64,000 nt of DNA from the NCBI GenBank assembly GCA_963718525.1, contig OY970355.1:384001-448000 (forward strand), in the 5' to 3' direction. The DNA comes from Candidatus Dormiibacterota bacterium. Lineage in GTDB: Bacteria; Chloroflexota; Dormibacteria; Aeolococcales; Aeolococcaceae. The translations under genes were made by a program, and so were the position numbers. The notes beneath the pieces are model-generated. The model was not told the DNA's origin. It was given only the letters and a program-made list of their open reading frames with translations, and searched no databases. Below are positions 19,169 to 28,721 of the stretch, in pieces. The stretch's first letter is position 1. Each line of letters starts with the position of its first letter.

Positions 19169-19219
19169 TTGTCGGCCGGACGACACAGTCGTCGGCGGCC
19201 TCCCTTCCTGTGACGACTG

Positions 19220-20839
19220 CTAGCCCAGGCGGCGCATCCTCCGGATCTCGGCCGAGGCGATGCCGGTCACCCCAAGACCGCCAAGCAGGAGCCCGATGGC
19301 AGGAGCGGCCGGGAACCCGACACCGGTGCCTGGAGTTGTGATGCCTTGCACTCCACTGCTCACAGCCGTGATGTGCACGGGCTCATCCCCGCACTTGTCG
19401 TTGGAGCCTGCGTTATTGGCATTGCCGTTGTAGACGGCGATCCACTCGTATGTTCCAGCGGTTTTCGTGCCACTGAAGCTTGCCGACTTTGCGCTTCCAT
19501 CCGCCAGCAGCGCGACGGTGCTGCTGAAGATCGCCGGGCCGCTGCATGACGAATCGCTGGGGCTGTAGAGCGAGAACGTGACGGTGCCACTGGGGTCCAG
19601 ACCGTCGGTGACCCTCACGGTGTCCCAGATCACGGTTCCAGCCACGCCACCCGCCGACGGCGTCGAGTTGAGCGCAGTTGAGTGCTTGCCGATCGTGACT
19701 GCTTCCTTACCGCACACGCTGAGCGCCTCGGTGTTGTTGGCATCACCGCCGTAGTCGACGACCCACTGATAGACGCCCGGCTCCGTGGTGGTGTAGCCCG
19801 GTGCCGGGACCCTGGCCATGCCATCAACGAGCGCGAAGGGTCCAGCCATGAAGATCCAGCCGCGAACCGTCCCACCGTCCGCGGGCAACTTCATCTGGCA
19901 GGTTGGATTGCCGGGTCCGAATAGATAGAAACGCATGTTTCCCGTCGGATGGCTCCCGATCACGGTGGCCGAATCCGTGAGAGCTGTGCCGACCGGCGCA
20001 CCGTGAGCGCTCGAAGGCTCACTCGTGATACTCGTCGGCATCTTGCCGATGGTGACGGGTTCCTTGCCGCAACCACCCAGCGCCTCGGTGTTGTTGGCAT
20101 CCCCGCCGTAGTCGGCAACCCACTGGTAGACACCGGCCTGGGTGGCGATGAAGCCGGGCGGCGGGACGCTGGCCTCGTCGTTCACAAGCGCGACCGGCCC
20201 CGCCATGAAGATCCAGCCGTGCGGCTCATTCGCCGTCGTCTGGTTGAAATTGCAGGTCGGGTTGTCCGGTCCGAACAGGTAGAAGCGAATGTTCCCGGTC
20301 GCGTTGAACCCATCGACGGTCGCCGAATCGCTCAGCGAACTGCCGACATGCGTGCCGTGAGAGGTGGACGGCGTCGTGTCGATGCTCGTCGGCACCTTGT
20401 TCACCGTCACCGGCTCATCGCCACATGCCGTCGGGCCCGATTCGATGGTGCCGACGCTGGTGATCACGATCTCCGCGGTCCATTCGAAGGTCCCGGTTGA
20501 CTGGGGCACAAAGGTGCCGGACGTAACGGTGCTGTCGGTCAGCGACGCCGTTGTGACCGGCTCGCTGTCAGTGAAGACCGGGTGCGCGCCCTGGACACCG
20601 CAGGTCCCAGGGGCCCAAAGGAAGAAGGTCACATGTCGCGAGCTGTCCGCGTAGACAACGGCCTGGTCGGCGAGCGCAGTTTTGCCCACGACCCCGACGG
20701 ATGGCTGCGGGGTCGTGCCGATGATGTAGTGCGCCGATGCCGACATCGTCGTGGCAAGGCCCGCGACCGCCACCCCGAGTACGGCGCCGCCGCCGATGGC
20801 CAAGGTGCGAGCTTTTCTCGCCCAGCCGTGTTGCCGCAT
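19220..20839 (-). CDS. Secreted surface protein with four Ig-like repeats and C-terminal sorting-like tail
   Basis: Signal peptide ending ASA; four units of D.A/V.V...F.L(F/W/Y).P...C...G.(Y/F).W...CG.E.V; GVQGITTPGTG followed by TM and RRMRR. Confidence 0.8.
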   Translation of the reverse strand: MRQHGWARKARTLAIGGGAVLGVAVAGLATTMSASAHYIIGTTPQPSVGVVGKTALADQAVVYADSSRHVTFFLWAPGTCGVQGAHPVFTDSEPVTTASLTDSTVTSGTFVPQSTGTFEWTAEIVITSVGTIESGPTACGDEPVTVNKVPTSIDTTPSTSHGTHVGSSLSDSATVDGFNATGNIRFYLFGPDNPTCNFNQTTANEPHGWIFMAGPVALVNDEASVPPPGFIATQAGVYQWVADYGGDANNTEALGGCGKEPVTIGKMPTSITSEPSSAHGAPVGTALTDSATVIGSHPTGNMRFYLFGPGNPTCQMKLPADGGTVRGWIFMAGPFALVDGMARVPAPGYTTTEPGVYQWVVDYGGDANNTEALSVCGKEAVTIGKHSTALNSTPSAGGVAGTVIWDTVRVTDGLDPSGTVTFSLYSPSDSSCSGPAIFSSTVALLADGSAKSASFSGTKTAGTYEWIAVYNGNANNAGSNDKCGDEPVHITAVSSGVQGITTPGTGVGFPAAPAIGLLLGGLGVTGIASAEIRRMRRLG

Positions 20840-21040
20840 GGATCAACCCTCCTATCCGGCGCCTCCCAGCGCCCCCTGCTTACCCTGACCCGCCCCACTA
20901 CCCGGATGTTACGAACGGGTCGAACACGTCGTTCCGATCGAACGGCGTTATTGTAACAAACGCTCTGCTATGCCGCAAGTGCGGAGATCGGATGCCGCCG
21001 TCGATGCTGCCCCGCCTCGGCTACGATCGACGCCGCGACC

Positions 21041-21412
21041 ATGGCCTACCGTCCCCCGATCGATGCCGATCCGCGCGTTCTTGAAGACGCCGCAAACCCC
21101 GACCCCGTGCCAGTGCTCGCCGCCAAGCGGAGTGGTCCGATCAGGATCGCCGGGTTCGTGCTCCTGTTCGTGGTCCTCTCGCTCCTTGCCTTTGCGGCCT
21201 TTCTCGCGATTGCGATCGGCGTGACCATCCTGATGGCCCTCATCCTGCCGAAGGCCGGCTTCATCAATCTGATCGCCCCGGTTGTCGGGGTGGGCGTGGC
21301 CAGCCTGTGCTTCGGAGCTGCGTCGCGCTTCCGCAAAGGGATGCTCAAGAACCGCTACGGGCTGTTCCGCCGGCCGCCACGCGACCTGGGCAAGCCGCCC
21401 GCGAGGGGCTAG
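21041..21412 (+). CDS. Hypothetical membrane protein
   Basis: Two to three hydrophobic helices and a basic C-terminus. Confidence 0.6.
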   Translation: MAYRPPIDADPRVLEDAANPDPVPVLAAKRSGPIRIAGFVLLFVVLSLLAFAAFLAIAIGVTILMALILPKAGFINLIAPVVGVGVASLCFGAASRFRKGMLKNRYGLFRRPPRDLGKPPARG

Positions 21413-21475
21413 TCACTCCCCCGGGAGGCAGCGCGCCGGCCCCGCTGGCCGCGCGCTGCCGTCACCGGTTGTGCC

Positions 21476-22105
21476 TCAGACGGGAAGCACGGTCCTCTTG
21501 AAGTTGGCGTTGGTCACGAACGCAAATGAGCAGTAGATCGCGGCAACAGCGGTGAGCAGCGCAAGGATGCCGGAGATCTGGTTCCAACCCGCGCTCGGGG
21601 CGCTCTTCGCCCAGAAGGCAATCGCCAGCGTGATGAAGGTCAGAGCGAGCAGGAAGAACACCAGCGACACTCCACGCGAAGCCCCACCCAGCGACGCGAT
21701 GAACATGTAAGCAGTGAAGATGCCCCATGCCAGCGCATACAGGCCGAGAATCGGGGTCGGATCCTTGGGGAGAAGCGGCGCGAACGTGGTGTTGATCAAC
21801 ACGAAGCTGAGCCAGAACAACCCGTAACTCGTGAAGGCGGTTGCCCCGAACGTGTTACCGACCTTGAACTCCCACATGCCGGCCAGGATCTGGCCGACAC
21901 CGCCGAACGCAACTGCCATTGCCAGAACAACTGCTGCCGAGCCGACCGTCGGAGTCCCCGGAGCCGCGGTGATGAAGCCCGCGTTGATGGCCCCGAGCAA
22001 CAGCGTTGTCATTCCGAACCCGATCAACCCCAGCGGAGCTGGGTTTGCGACTGGTGCCACCAACTCTGCCACGTAGGGCGGGCCGGTCGAAACTGCGGTT
22101 GCCAT
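21476..22105 (-). CDS. satP: Acetate uptake transporter (SatP/GPR1/FUN34/YaaH family)
   Basis: ANPAPLGLIGFGMTT, GNTFGATAFTSYGLFW; directly downstream of acs. Confidence 0.9.
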   Translation of the reverse strand: MATAVSTGPPYVAELVAPVANPAPLGLIGFGMTTLLLGAINAGFITAAPGTPTVGSAAVVLAMAVAFGGVGQILAGMWEFKVGNTFGATAFTSYGLFWLSFVLINTTFAPLLPKDPTPILGLYALAWGIFTAYMFIASLGGASRGVSLVFFLLALTFITLAIAFWAKSAPSAGWNQISGILALLTAVAAIYCSFAFVTNANFKRTVLPV

Positions 22106-22188
22106 AGGTTTGTAGCCCTCCAATGAGTCCGGAGTAGGTCGCACTCCGGCGCGTGTTCGTAATCGAACTGTCCCCCACTGCGACGGAT

Positions 22189-24154
22189 CTACTGTTCTTT
22201 GGCTTCCTCCTCCGTGGCGCGACGCTGGAGGTCCGCGACGATGCTCGAGTCTGCGAGCGTCGTGGTATCACCGAGCTTGCGGTTCTCGGCAATGTCGCGG
22301 AGGAGGCGACGCATGATCTTTCCGCTCCGAGTTTTCGGCAGGTCTGGCGTAAATGCGATCCACTTCGGTTTGGCGATAGGCCCGATCAGCTTGGCGACAT
22401 GGTCACGCAGCTCGGCGATGAGCTCCGTGGACTCCGTGTAGCCGGCGCGCACCGTGACGAACGCCGAGATCGCCTGGCCGGTCTCCGGGTCGCTCTTGGC
22501 CACGACCGCGGCTTCCGCCACAGCCGGGTGATCGACCAGCGCCAACTCCACCTCCGCGGTTGAGATGCGATGGCCGGCAACGTTCATCACGTCGTCGACC
22601 CGACCCATGAACCAGAAGTAACCGTCCTCGTCGATGCGAGCACCGTCGCCGGCGAAGTACTGGTCCCCGAAGCGATTCCAGTACGTCTCCCTGTACCGCT
22701 CGTCATCGCCCCAGATGCCGCGCAGCATTCCCGGCCACGGCCGGGTCAGAAGTCACGTAGCCGCCACCACCGAGTGCAACCGGCGTGCCGGTCTCATCCA
22801 CCACCTCCGCGCCGACGCCGGGCAGGGGCTTGGTCGCAGACCCCGGCTTGAGGACGGTGACTCCGGCAATTGGCGCGATCATGATGCCCCCGGTCTCGGT
22901 CTGCCACCACGTGTCGACCACCGGGGTGCGGTCGCCACCGATGTACTTGCGATACCACATCCATGCCTCGGGGTTGATCGGCTCGCCCACCGTGCCCAGC
23001 AGGCGCAGGCTCGAGAGGTCATGGGACTCGGGGAGCTCCGGCCCCCACTTCATAAAGGTGCGGATTGCGGTGGGCGCGCAGTACAGCACGGTGGCCCGGT
23101 ACTTCTCGATGATCGCCCACCAGCGGTCCTTGGTCGGGTAGTCGGGTGTGCCCTCGTACATGAGCGAGGTGACCCCGTTGCCCAGGGGGCCGTACACGAT
23201 GTAGGAGTGCCCGGTAACCCACCCGACGTCGGCGGCGCACCAGTAAACGGTGTCCGGCTGGATGTCGAACACCAGGTCGTGGGTGAACATCGCGTAGAGC
23301 AGATAGCCAGCCGTGGTGTGCTTGATGCCCTTCGGCTTGGCCGTGGTTCCCGACGTATAGAGGGTGAACAGGAGGTCTTCGGACTCCATGTGCTCGGGCT
23401 CACAGGTGTCGGGCTCGCCTTCCACGATGTCGTGGTACCAGTGGTCACGGCCGTCGACCATCGGCACGTCATTGCCGGTGCGGCGGACGACCACCACGCT
23501 CTTGACGGTCGGCGCACCCTCGCACGCCTCATCGACGCTGCGCTTGAGAGGAACGATCCCCCCACGCCGCCAGCCCTCGTCCGCAGTGATGATGGCCACG
23601 GCCTCGGCGTCATTCATCCGGTCGCGAACCGCATCGGCGCTGAACCCCCCGAAGACGACGGAGTGCGCCGCCCCGATCCGGGCACAGGCAAGCATCGCCA
23701 TGGGCAGCTCCGGGATCATCGGCATGTAGATGCCGACGCGGTCTCCCCGCTTGATGCCGAGCTTGCGAAGCGCATTGGCCAGCTTGCAGACCGCTGAGAG
23801 GAGGTCCGCGTAGGTGATGGTGCGGGTGTCGCCCTTCTCGCCCTCGAAGTGATAGGCGACCTTATCCCCCCGGCCCGCCTCGACGTGCCGGTCGAGGCAG
23901 TTGTACGAAACGTTGAGCTGGCCGCCGAGGAACCACTTGGCGAAGGGCAGGTTCCACTCGAGGACTTTGTCGAACGGCTTGAACCAGGTGACGTACTTCT
24001 GTGCCTGCTCAGCCCAGAACGCATCGGGGTCGGCGGTCGCCGCCTCGTACAGGCTCAGGTCCTTCACCCTCGCCTTGGCGAGGAATTCCGGGCTCGGAGC
24101 GAACGTGCGTCGCTCGTCGAGCAGGGTGTCGATTGTTTTGGCCCTCTCGCTCAT
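22189..24154 (-). pseudogene. acs: Acetyl-CoA synthetase split by a single-base frameshift (real lesion or sequencing error)
   Basis: N-part: [35 protein letters not shown]-part: [33 protein letters not shown]. One extra base at about 22750 breaks [16 protein letters not shown]. Confidence 0.88.
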
Positions 24155-24341
24155 CGCGACCTCCTGGAGATATGGCGAAATTAATTGCCGCGCATTAATT
24201 GCACTAGTGCGGCAGCTTAGGCAAGCACTTCCAGACATTCGTCCCCACGCCTTTGGGGGCATCCCCGCTGCCGGCGACACGTTCGCTGTCCAGGTCGGCT
24301 TCAACGGCACCCCGGACCACCTGCTGCCGTAGTCTCCGCGC

Positions 24342-24369
24342 TCACAGCGAACTCTGAGCCTTCGCTCAG
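24342..24369 (+). promoter_or_regulatory. Putative OmpR/MprA-type direct-repeat operator upstream of GT39
   Basis: tcacag-N5-tctgag-N5-gctcag, 11-bp period. Confidence 0.45.
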
Positions 24370-24402
24370 ATCGCCGTGAGCGGCGGGCGGCAGGGTGTGG
24401 TC

Positions 24403-26490
24403 ATGGCCTCCCGCCCCTTTTTCGACGACGCCCCGCCTGCACCGCCTGCCCTGCCCGCGCCACCACAGGCTGCGGAAGGGGGAGCGCGCAGGGATGCCGC
24501 CCCCGTCCGCTGGGCCTGGTCGCTGGTGCGTGGCCGTGAGGAGGATGCGGCGTGGGTTCGTCCCTCTCTGATCGGCCTGCTCGGGATTGCCGCCCTCCTC
24601 TACCTGTGGGATCTCGGTGCGTCGGGGTGGGCCAACGCCTTCTACTCCGCCGCCGTCCAGGCGGGATCGACGAGCTGGAAGGCCTTCTTCTTCGGATCCT
24701 TCGACTCGTCGAACTTCATCACGGTTGACAAGTCGCCCGCAGCGCTGTGGGTGATGGACCTCTCAGCGCGGGTGTTCGGTGTCAATGCGTGGAGCATCCT
24801 CGTCCCCCAGGCGCTCGAGGGCGTGGCCACGGTCGGCTTCACGTATCTCGCCGTTCGCCGGTGGTTCTCGCCGGCCGCGGCGCTGATCGCGGGCGCGACG
24901 GTGGCACTGACCCCGGTCGCCGCGCTGATGTTCCGCTTCGACAACCCCGACGCCCTGCTTGTCCTCCTGCTCACCATCGCCACATACGCGATGGTGCGGG
25001 CGATCGAGGCGGGCAAGACCAAGTGGCTGGTGCTGGCGGCAACTCTCGTCGGGTTCGCGTTCCTGACCAAGATGCTCCAGGCGTTCCTGGTGGTTCCCGC
25101 GTTCGGCCTCGTCTACCTCATTGCCGCCCCGGTGTCACTCCGCCGCCGGCTCACCCAGCTTGCGGTCGCTGCCGCGACGATGGTCGTGGCGTCAGGCTGG
25201 TGGGTCGCCATCGTCCAGCTCACCCCGGCCTCGGATCGTCCCTATATCGGCGGCTCGCAGAACAACAGCATCCTCAATCTGATCTTCGGTTACAACGGGT
25301 TTGGCAGGCTGACCGGCAGCGAGACGGGCAGCGTCGGCGGCACAGGCGCCACCGGCTCGATGTGGGGGCCGACGGGTCTCGGACGCCTCTTCACCGCGAG
25401 CTTCGGTGGTCAGATCTCGTGGCTCCTTCCGGCGGCGTTGATCCTTCTGGTCGCGGGGCTCGCCTTCACGCTGACGAGGGCGCGTACCGACCGCACCCGC
25501 GCCGCATTGCTGCTCTGGGGCGGCTCACTCGTGGTCAGCGCAGCGGTCTTCAGCATGGCGGCGGGGATCATTCACCCGTACTACACCGTGGCGCTGGCGC
25601 CGGCGATCGGCGCACTGATCGGCATCGGGAGCGTGATGCTGTGGCGGCGGCGCTCGCAGCCCTGGGCGCGGCTCGTCCTCGCCGGAACGGTCGCCGGCAC
25701 CAGCATCTGGTCGGTGGTCCTCCTCCAGCGCAGCCCTGGGTTCGCTCCAGGGCTCGCCGCGGCGATCGCGGTGCTTGGCATCGGCGCCGCGATCGCGATC
25801 CTCGGACTGCCGAGGTTGCACCGGGCTGTCGCCGCCGGTGTGCTCGTGGTGGCTCTCGTCGCGACGTTCGCCGGACCCGCCGCGTACACCATCGACACCG
25901 TGCTCACGGCTCACTCCGGCGCAATTCCCTCGGCGGGCCCGGTGATCGCCGACGCCTCGACGCGTGGTGGGCCGGGCGGATTCACCGGCGGGCGCGGCTT
26001 TCCCGGCGGGTTCGCCGGCGGCGGCCCGTTCCCAGGTGGAGGTGGCTTCGGTGGTGGCGCCTTTCCAAATCCAGGCGGAGCCGGCCGAGGACGATTCGGC
26101 ATCCCCGGCGGGGGCGGTGGAGTCGGCGGCGGGTTCCTCAACGCAGGCACACCCGGCGCTGCGCTCGTCAAGCTGCTGCAGACCGACGCGGGCCGTTACA
26201 CGTGGGTTGGCGCCACAATCGACGCTAACTCAGCAGCCGGCTATCAGCTCGCAACCGACGACCCGATCATGGCGATCGGTGGCTTCAACGGCACGGATCC
26301 GGCACCCACACTGGCGCAATTCGAACAGTACGTTGCACAGGGACGTATCCACTACTTCCTCGGTTCGGGAGGCGGCCTCGGGAGTGGCAGCGGCACATCG
26401 AGTCAGATCGCCCAATGGGTGGAGCAGCACTTCACGGCGACGACGGTCGATGGCGTGGCCGTGTACGACCTGACTCAGCCCGCGGGCTGA
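24403..26490 (+). CDS. Glycosyltransferase family 39 (ArnT/PMT, YkcB-like)
   Basis: WANAFYSAAVQAGSTSWKAFFFGS, ITVDK, RFDNPDALL, FLTKMLQA, HPYY, IGGFNGTDPAPTLAQF; Gly-rich insert. Confidence 0.9.
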   Translation: MASRPFFDDAPPAPPALPAPPQAAEGGARRDAAPVRWAWSLVRGREEDAAWVRPSLIGLLGIAALLYLWDLGASGWANAFYSAAVQAGSTSWKAFFFGSFDSSNFITVDKSPAALWVMDLSARVFGVNAWSILVPQALEGVATVGFTYLAVRRWFSPAAALIAGATVALTPVAALMFRFDNPDALLVLLLTIATYAMVRAIEAGKTKWLVLAATLVGFAFLTKMLQAFLVVPAFGLVYLIAAPVSLRRRLTQLAVAAATMVVASGWWVAIVQLTPASDRPYIGGSQNNSILNLIFGYNGFGRLTGSETGSVGGTGATGSMWGPTGLGRLFTASFGGQISWLLPAALILLVAGLAFTLTRARTDRTRAALLLWGGSLVVSAAVFSMAAGIIHPYYTVALAPAIGALIGIGSVMLWRRRSQPWARLVLAGTVAGTSIWSVVLLQRSPGFAPGLAAAIAVLGIGAAIAILGLPRLHRAVAAGVLVVALVATFAGPAAYTIDTVLTAHSGAIPSAGPVIADASTRGGPGGFTGGRGFPGGFAGGGPFPGGGGFGGGAFPNPGGAGRGRFGIPGGGGGVGGGFLNAGTPGAALVKLLQTDAGRYTWVGATIDANSAAGYQLATDDPIMAIGGFNGTDPAPTLAQFEQYVAQGRIHYFLGSGGGLGSGSGTSSQIAQWVEQHFTATTVDGVAVYDLTQPAG

Positions 26491-26494
26491 CGTG

Positions 26495-27547
26495 TCAGTG
26501 GCTCGACCACGCGGCGGCTGACGTCGCGTCAAGGTCCACGCTGGCGTCGGTGACGCGCTCCGCGGTGCCAGGGTGTGCGCCACCCGCATGCGCGAGGTAC
26601 CAGAGCCCGAAGTTGCCGTTCGGGTCGGCTGCATTCATATAGAGAAGGTCGGCCCCGCTCTGCGACCACGATGGCGAGTTGCACAGACAGTTCGCCACCA
26701 GCACGCGCGCCGGGCCGAGCGAATTTCCCTCGAGGGTCGCAACCTCGAGATCAGCGGCCTGGCCGGAATGCGTGCATACCATGGCCACGGTCACGCCGTC
26801 CGCGGCGACAGCGGGAGCGCCGCAGTCCTGCTGCGGGGTGGTCAACGACTGCATGCGGCTGCTCGGTCCCGTCTGCAGGCCGAGCACCGTGACCACCGTC
26901 CCCTTGCCGGTATTCGCATAGCTGGCGTAGAGCATGCTGCCATTCGGGAGGGGCACGGGTTGGATGTCACCGCCCGTGTAGAGGTCGGGCACCGACCACC
27001 GGGTTCCGCCGCCCACTCCGATGTCACCAATGCTGAACGCCGCGCTGAGTGGCGCGGACCAGAGCGAGAAGTCCACCTCGTAGCTCTGATTGAGCGCGGG
27101 CTTTGGCGCGTCCGTCGCGAAATACACGCTGGTGCCGTCGGCGCCGACAGCCGGCCAGAGAATCCAGTGATCGAGCTGCAGTGTCGGGTTGCCGGTCGAC
27201 TGATCATCGGACGTCAGCTGGCTGAGGATGCGACCTGCAGCGCTGACGTGATACAGGTCGGAGTAGGCATCGAACCGGCGGATCGCCAGCAGCGATCCAT
27301 CCGCAAGAACGCGCGGTTGGGTCCAGACGCCACCCGACGGGAGTGCGAGGCGTCGGACGCTGGATCCGGTGAGCGCATAGATCGCGCCCTGCTGGCTCAC
27401 ATAGATCGTGCCTGGGAGGCGCACCTGCGGGCTCGTCGTACTGATGAGGGCGGCGGATGTGGCGTGCGTCTGCAGGACGGCGAGCGTTCGGTTCGCGACC
27501 AGACCGCTTCCGAGCATCAGCGCGATGACGATGGCTGTGCGTTTCAT
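26495..27547 (-). CDS. Secreted TolB-like beta-propeller protein
   Basis: Signal or anchor helix; repeated PAVGADG, PAVAADG and PSWSQSG motifs. Confidence 0.65.
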   Translation of the reverse strand: MKRTAIVIALMLGSGLVANRTLAVLQTHATSAALISTTSPQVRLPGTIYVSQQGAIYALTGSSVRRLALPSGGVWTQPRVLADGSLLAIRRFDAYSDLYHVSAAGRILSQLTSDDQSTGNPTLQLDHWILWPAVGADGTSVYFATDAPKPALNQSYEVDFSLWSAPLSAAFSIGDIGVGGGTRWSVPDLYTGGDIQPVPLPNGSMLYASYANTGKGTVVTVLGLQTGPSSRMQSLTTPQQDCGAPAVAADGVTVAMVCTHSGQAADLEVATLEGNSLGPARVLVANCLCNSPSWSQSGADLLYMNAADPNGNFGLWYLAHAGGAHPGTAERVTDASVDLDATSAAAWSSH

Positions 27548-27548
27548 C

Positions 27549-28586
27549 TCATGCCGCCGCCGGGAAATATTTCGCGACCTCTGGCCGGATCAATGCCCAA
27601 TTGGGCATCAGCGCATCCTGACCGCCGACATAGAAAGTGCTCGTGTACGGAGGCAGCAGCACCACCTGCGTGATCGAGGCGAGTGGCACCGAGCCCGCAA
27701 TGGGCAGCAATCCACTCACCTGGCCGATGCTCATGCTGGTCTGGAAGTCAGCGCCGAGGGAGGTCGCAAGGCCGGGAATGTCCGCCAGCGAGATGTGCTT
27801 GGTCTTCGCGCGCAGCGCGATCAGGATCTGCTGCTGACGCTGCGAGCGCGCGAAGTCGCCGAATGCGTCGTCGTGGCGTGCACGGACATATTCGAGCGCC
27901 AGCGTGCCACTCATGTGCTGTGCCCCGGGCAATACGAGAATTCGTTGGTAATCAAAGGGGTTGCCGCCCGAGAGGTCCGCCGGGTAGTAGTCGTCCATCA
28001 CCGGGTTGTTGGCGACCACGTTGATCCCACCGAGCTCGTTCAGCACCGACACGAGCCCCTGCAGCCCGATCCACGCGTAGTAATCGATATGGACCCGAAG
28101 GTCACGTTCCACGGTCTGAATCGCACACTGGGCGCCACCGTGGAGGAACGCCTGATCGATCTTGCCGTTGCCCCCGGTGCAAAGTCGCACCCAGAGGTCG
28201 CGCGGAATCGAGAGCATGGTCACGTGCTTCGTGATCGGATCGACCCGGGTCAGAATCATCGACTGGGTCAGGTAGTCGCCCTTGAACTTCGAATCGCTGT
28301 CGGAGCCCAGGAGCAGGAGCGTGAAGGGCGCGGTCGACGAGAGGTTCTCGCTCGCCGAAACGGGTTTGAGCTGCGCGCTGCCACCCAGTGAGGTGTTGAC
28401 CTGTCCCGTGTCACGGAGCGCGACCTGGAGCGCGGGCAGGAAGTAGAGCACGACACCCGCGACGATCGACACCAGGAATCCGGCGGCAACGAACGATCCC
28501 CTGGCGACCTGTTGGCGGCCGGTCTTGAGGGATGCGCGCCGCCGGCGCACCGTGCGGCGACCTGAAAGATCGTACGAACGAGACAA
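27549..28586 (-). CDS. LytR-CpsA-Psr (LCP) family glycopolymer transferase
   Basis: N-terminal TM, LLLGSD, MLSIPRDLWV, ALEYVRARH, DFARSQRQQQIL. Confidence 0.92.
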   Translation of the reverse strand: MSRSYDLSGRRTVRRRRASLKTGRQQVARGSFVAAGFLVSIVAGVVLYFLPALQVALRDTGQVNTSLGGSAQLKPVSASENLSSTAPFTLLLLGSDSDSKFKGDYLTQSMILTRVDPITKHVTMLSIPRDLWVRLCTGGNGKIDQAFLHGGAQCAIQTVERDLRVHIDYYAWIGLQGLVSVLNELGGINVVANNPVMDDYYPADLSGGNPFDYQRILVLPGAQHMSGTLALEYVRARHDDAFGDFARSQRQQQILIALRAKTKHISLADIPGLATSLGADFQTSMSIGQVSGLLPIAGSVPLASITQVVLLPPYTSTFYVGGQDALMPNWALIRPEVAKYFPAAA

Positions 28587-28721
28587 CCTCGAACCTCAGG
28601 TGAGACGTTGAGTGGAACGGCGAGTTCAAGGACGGGCTGCGACGTCGACCGCCGCGGCCGTCAGATGGTACCCCGAGGCCGGCTCTCGCGACCACGATCT
28701 GCATGTACGCTCTCAGCGGAG

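Noticed and set aside
19690-20300. Near-identical DNA blocks about 360 bp apart
   Set aside because: Intragenic domain repeats; spacing and context do not fit CRISPR or IS ends.
20922-20934. Possible LexA (Cheo) box
   Set aside because: Spacing is GAAC-N5-GTTC rather than N4, and the flanking genes are not SOS genes.
25960-26140. Gly/Phe-rich low-complexity stretch
   Set aside because: A common linker in YkcB-like GT39 proteins, not a separate repeat element.
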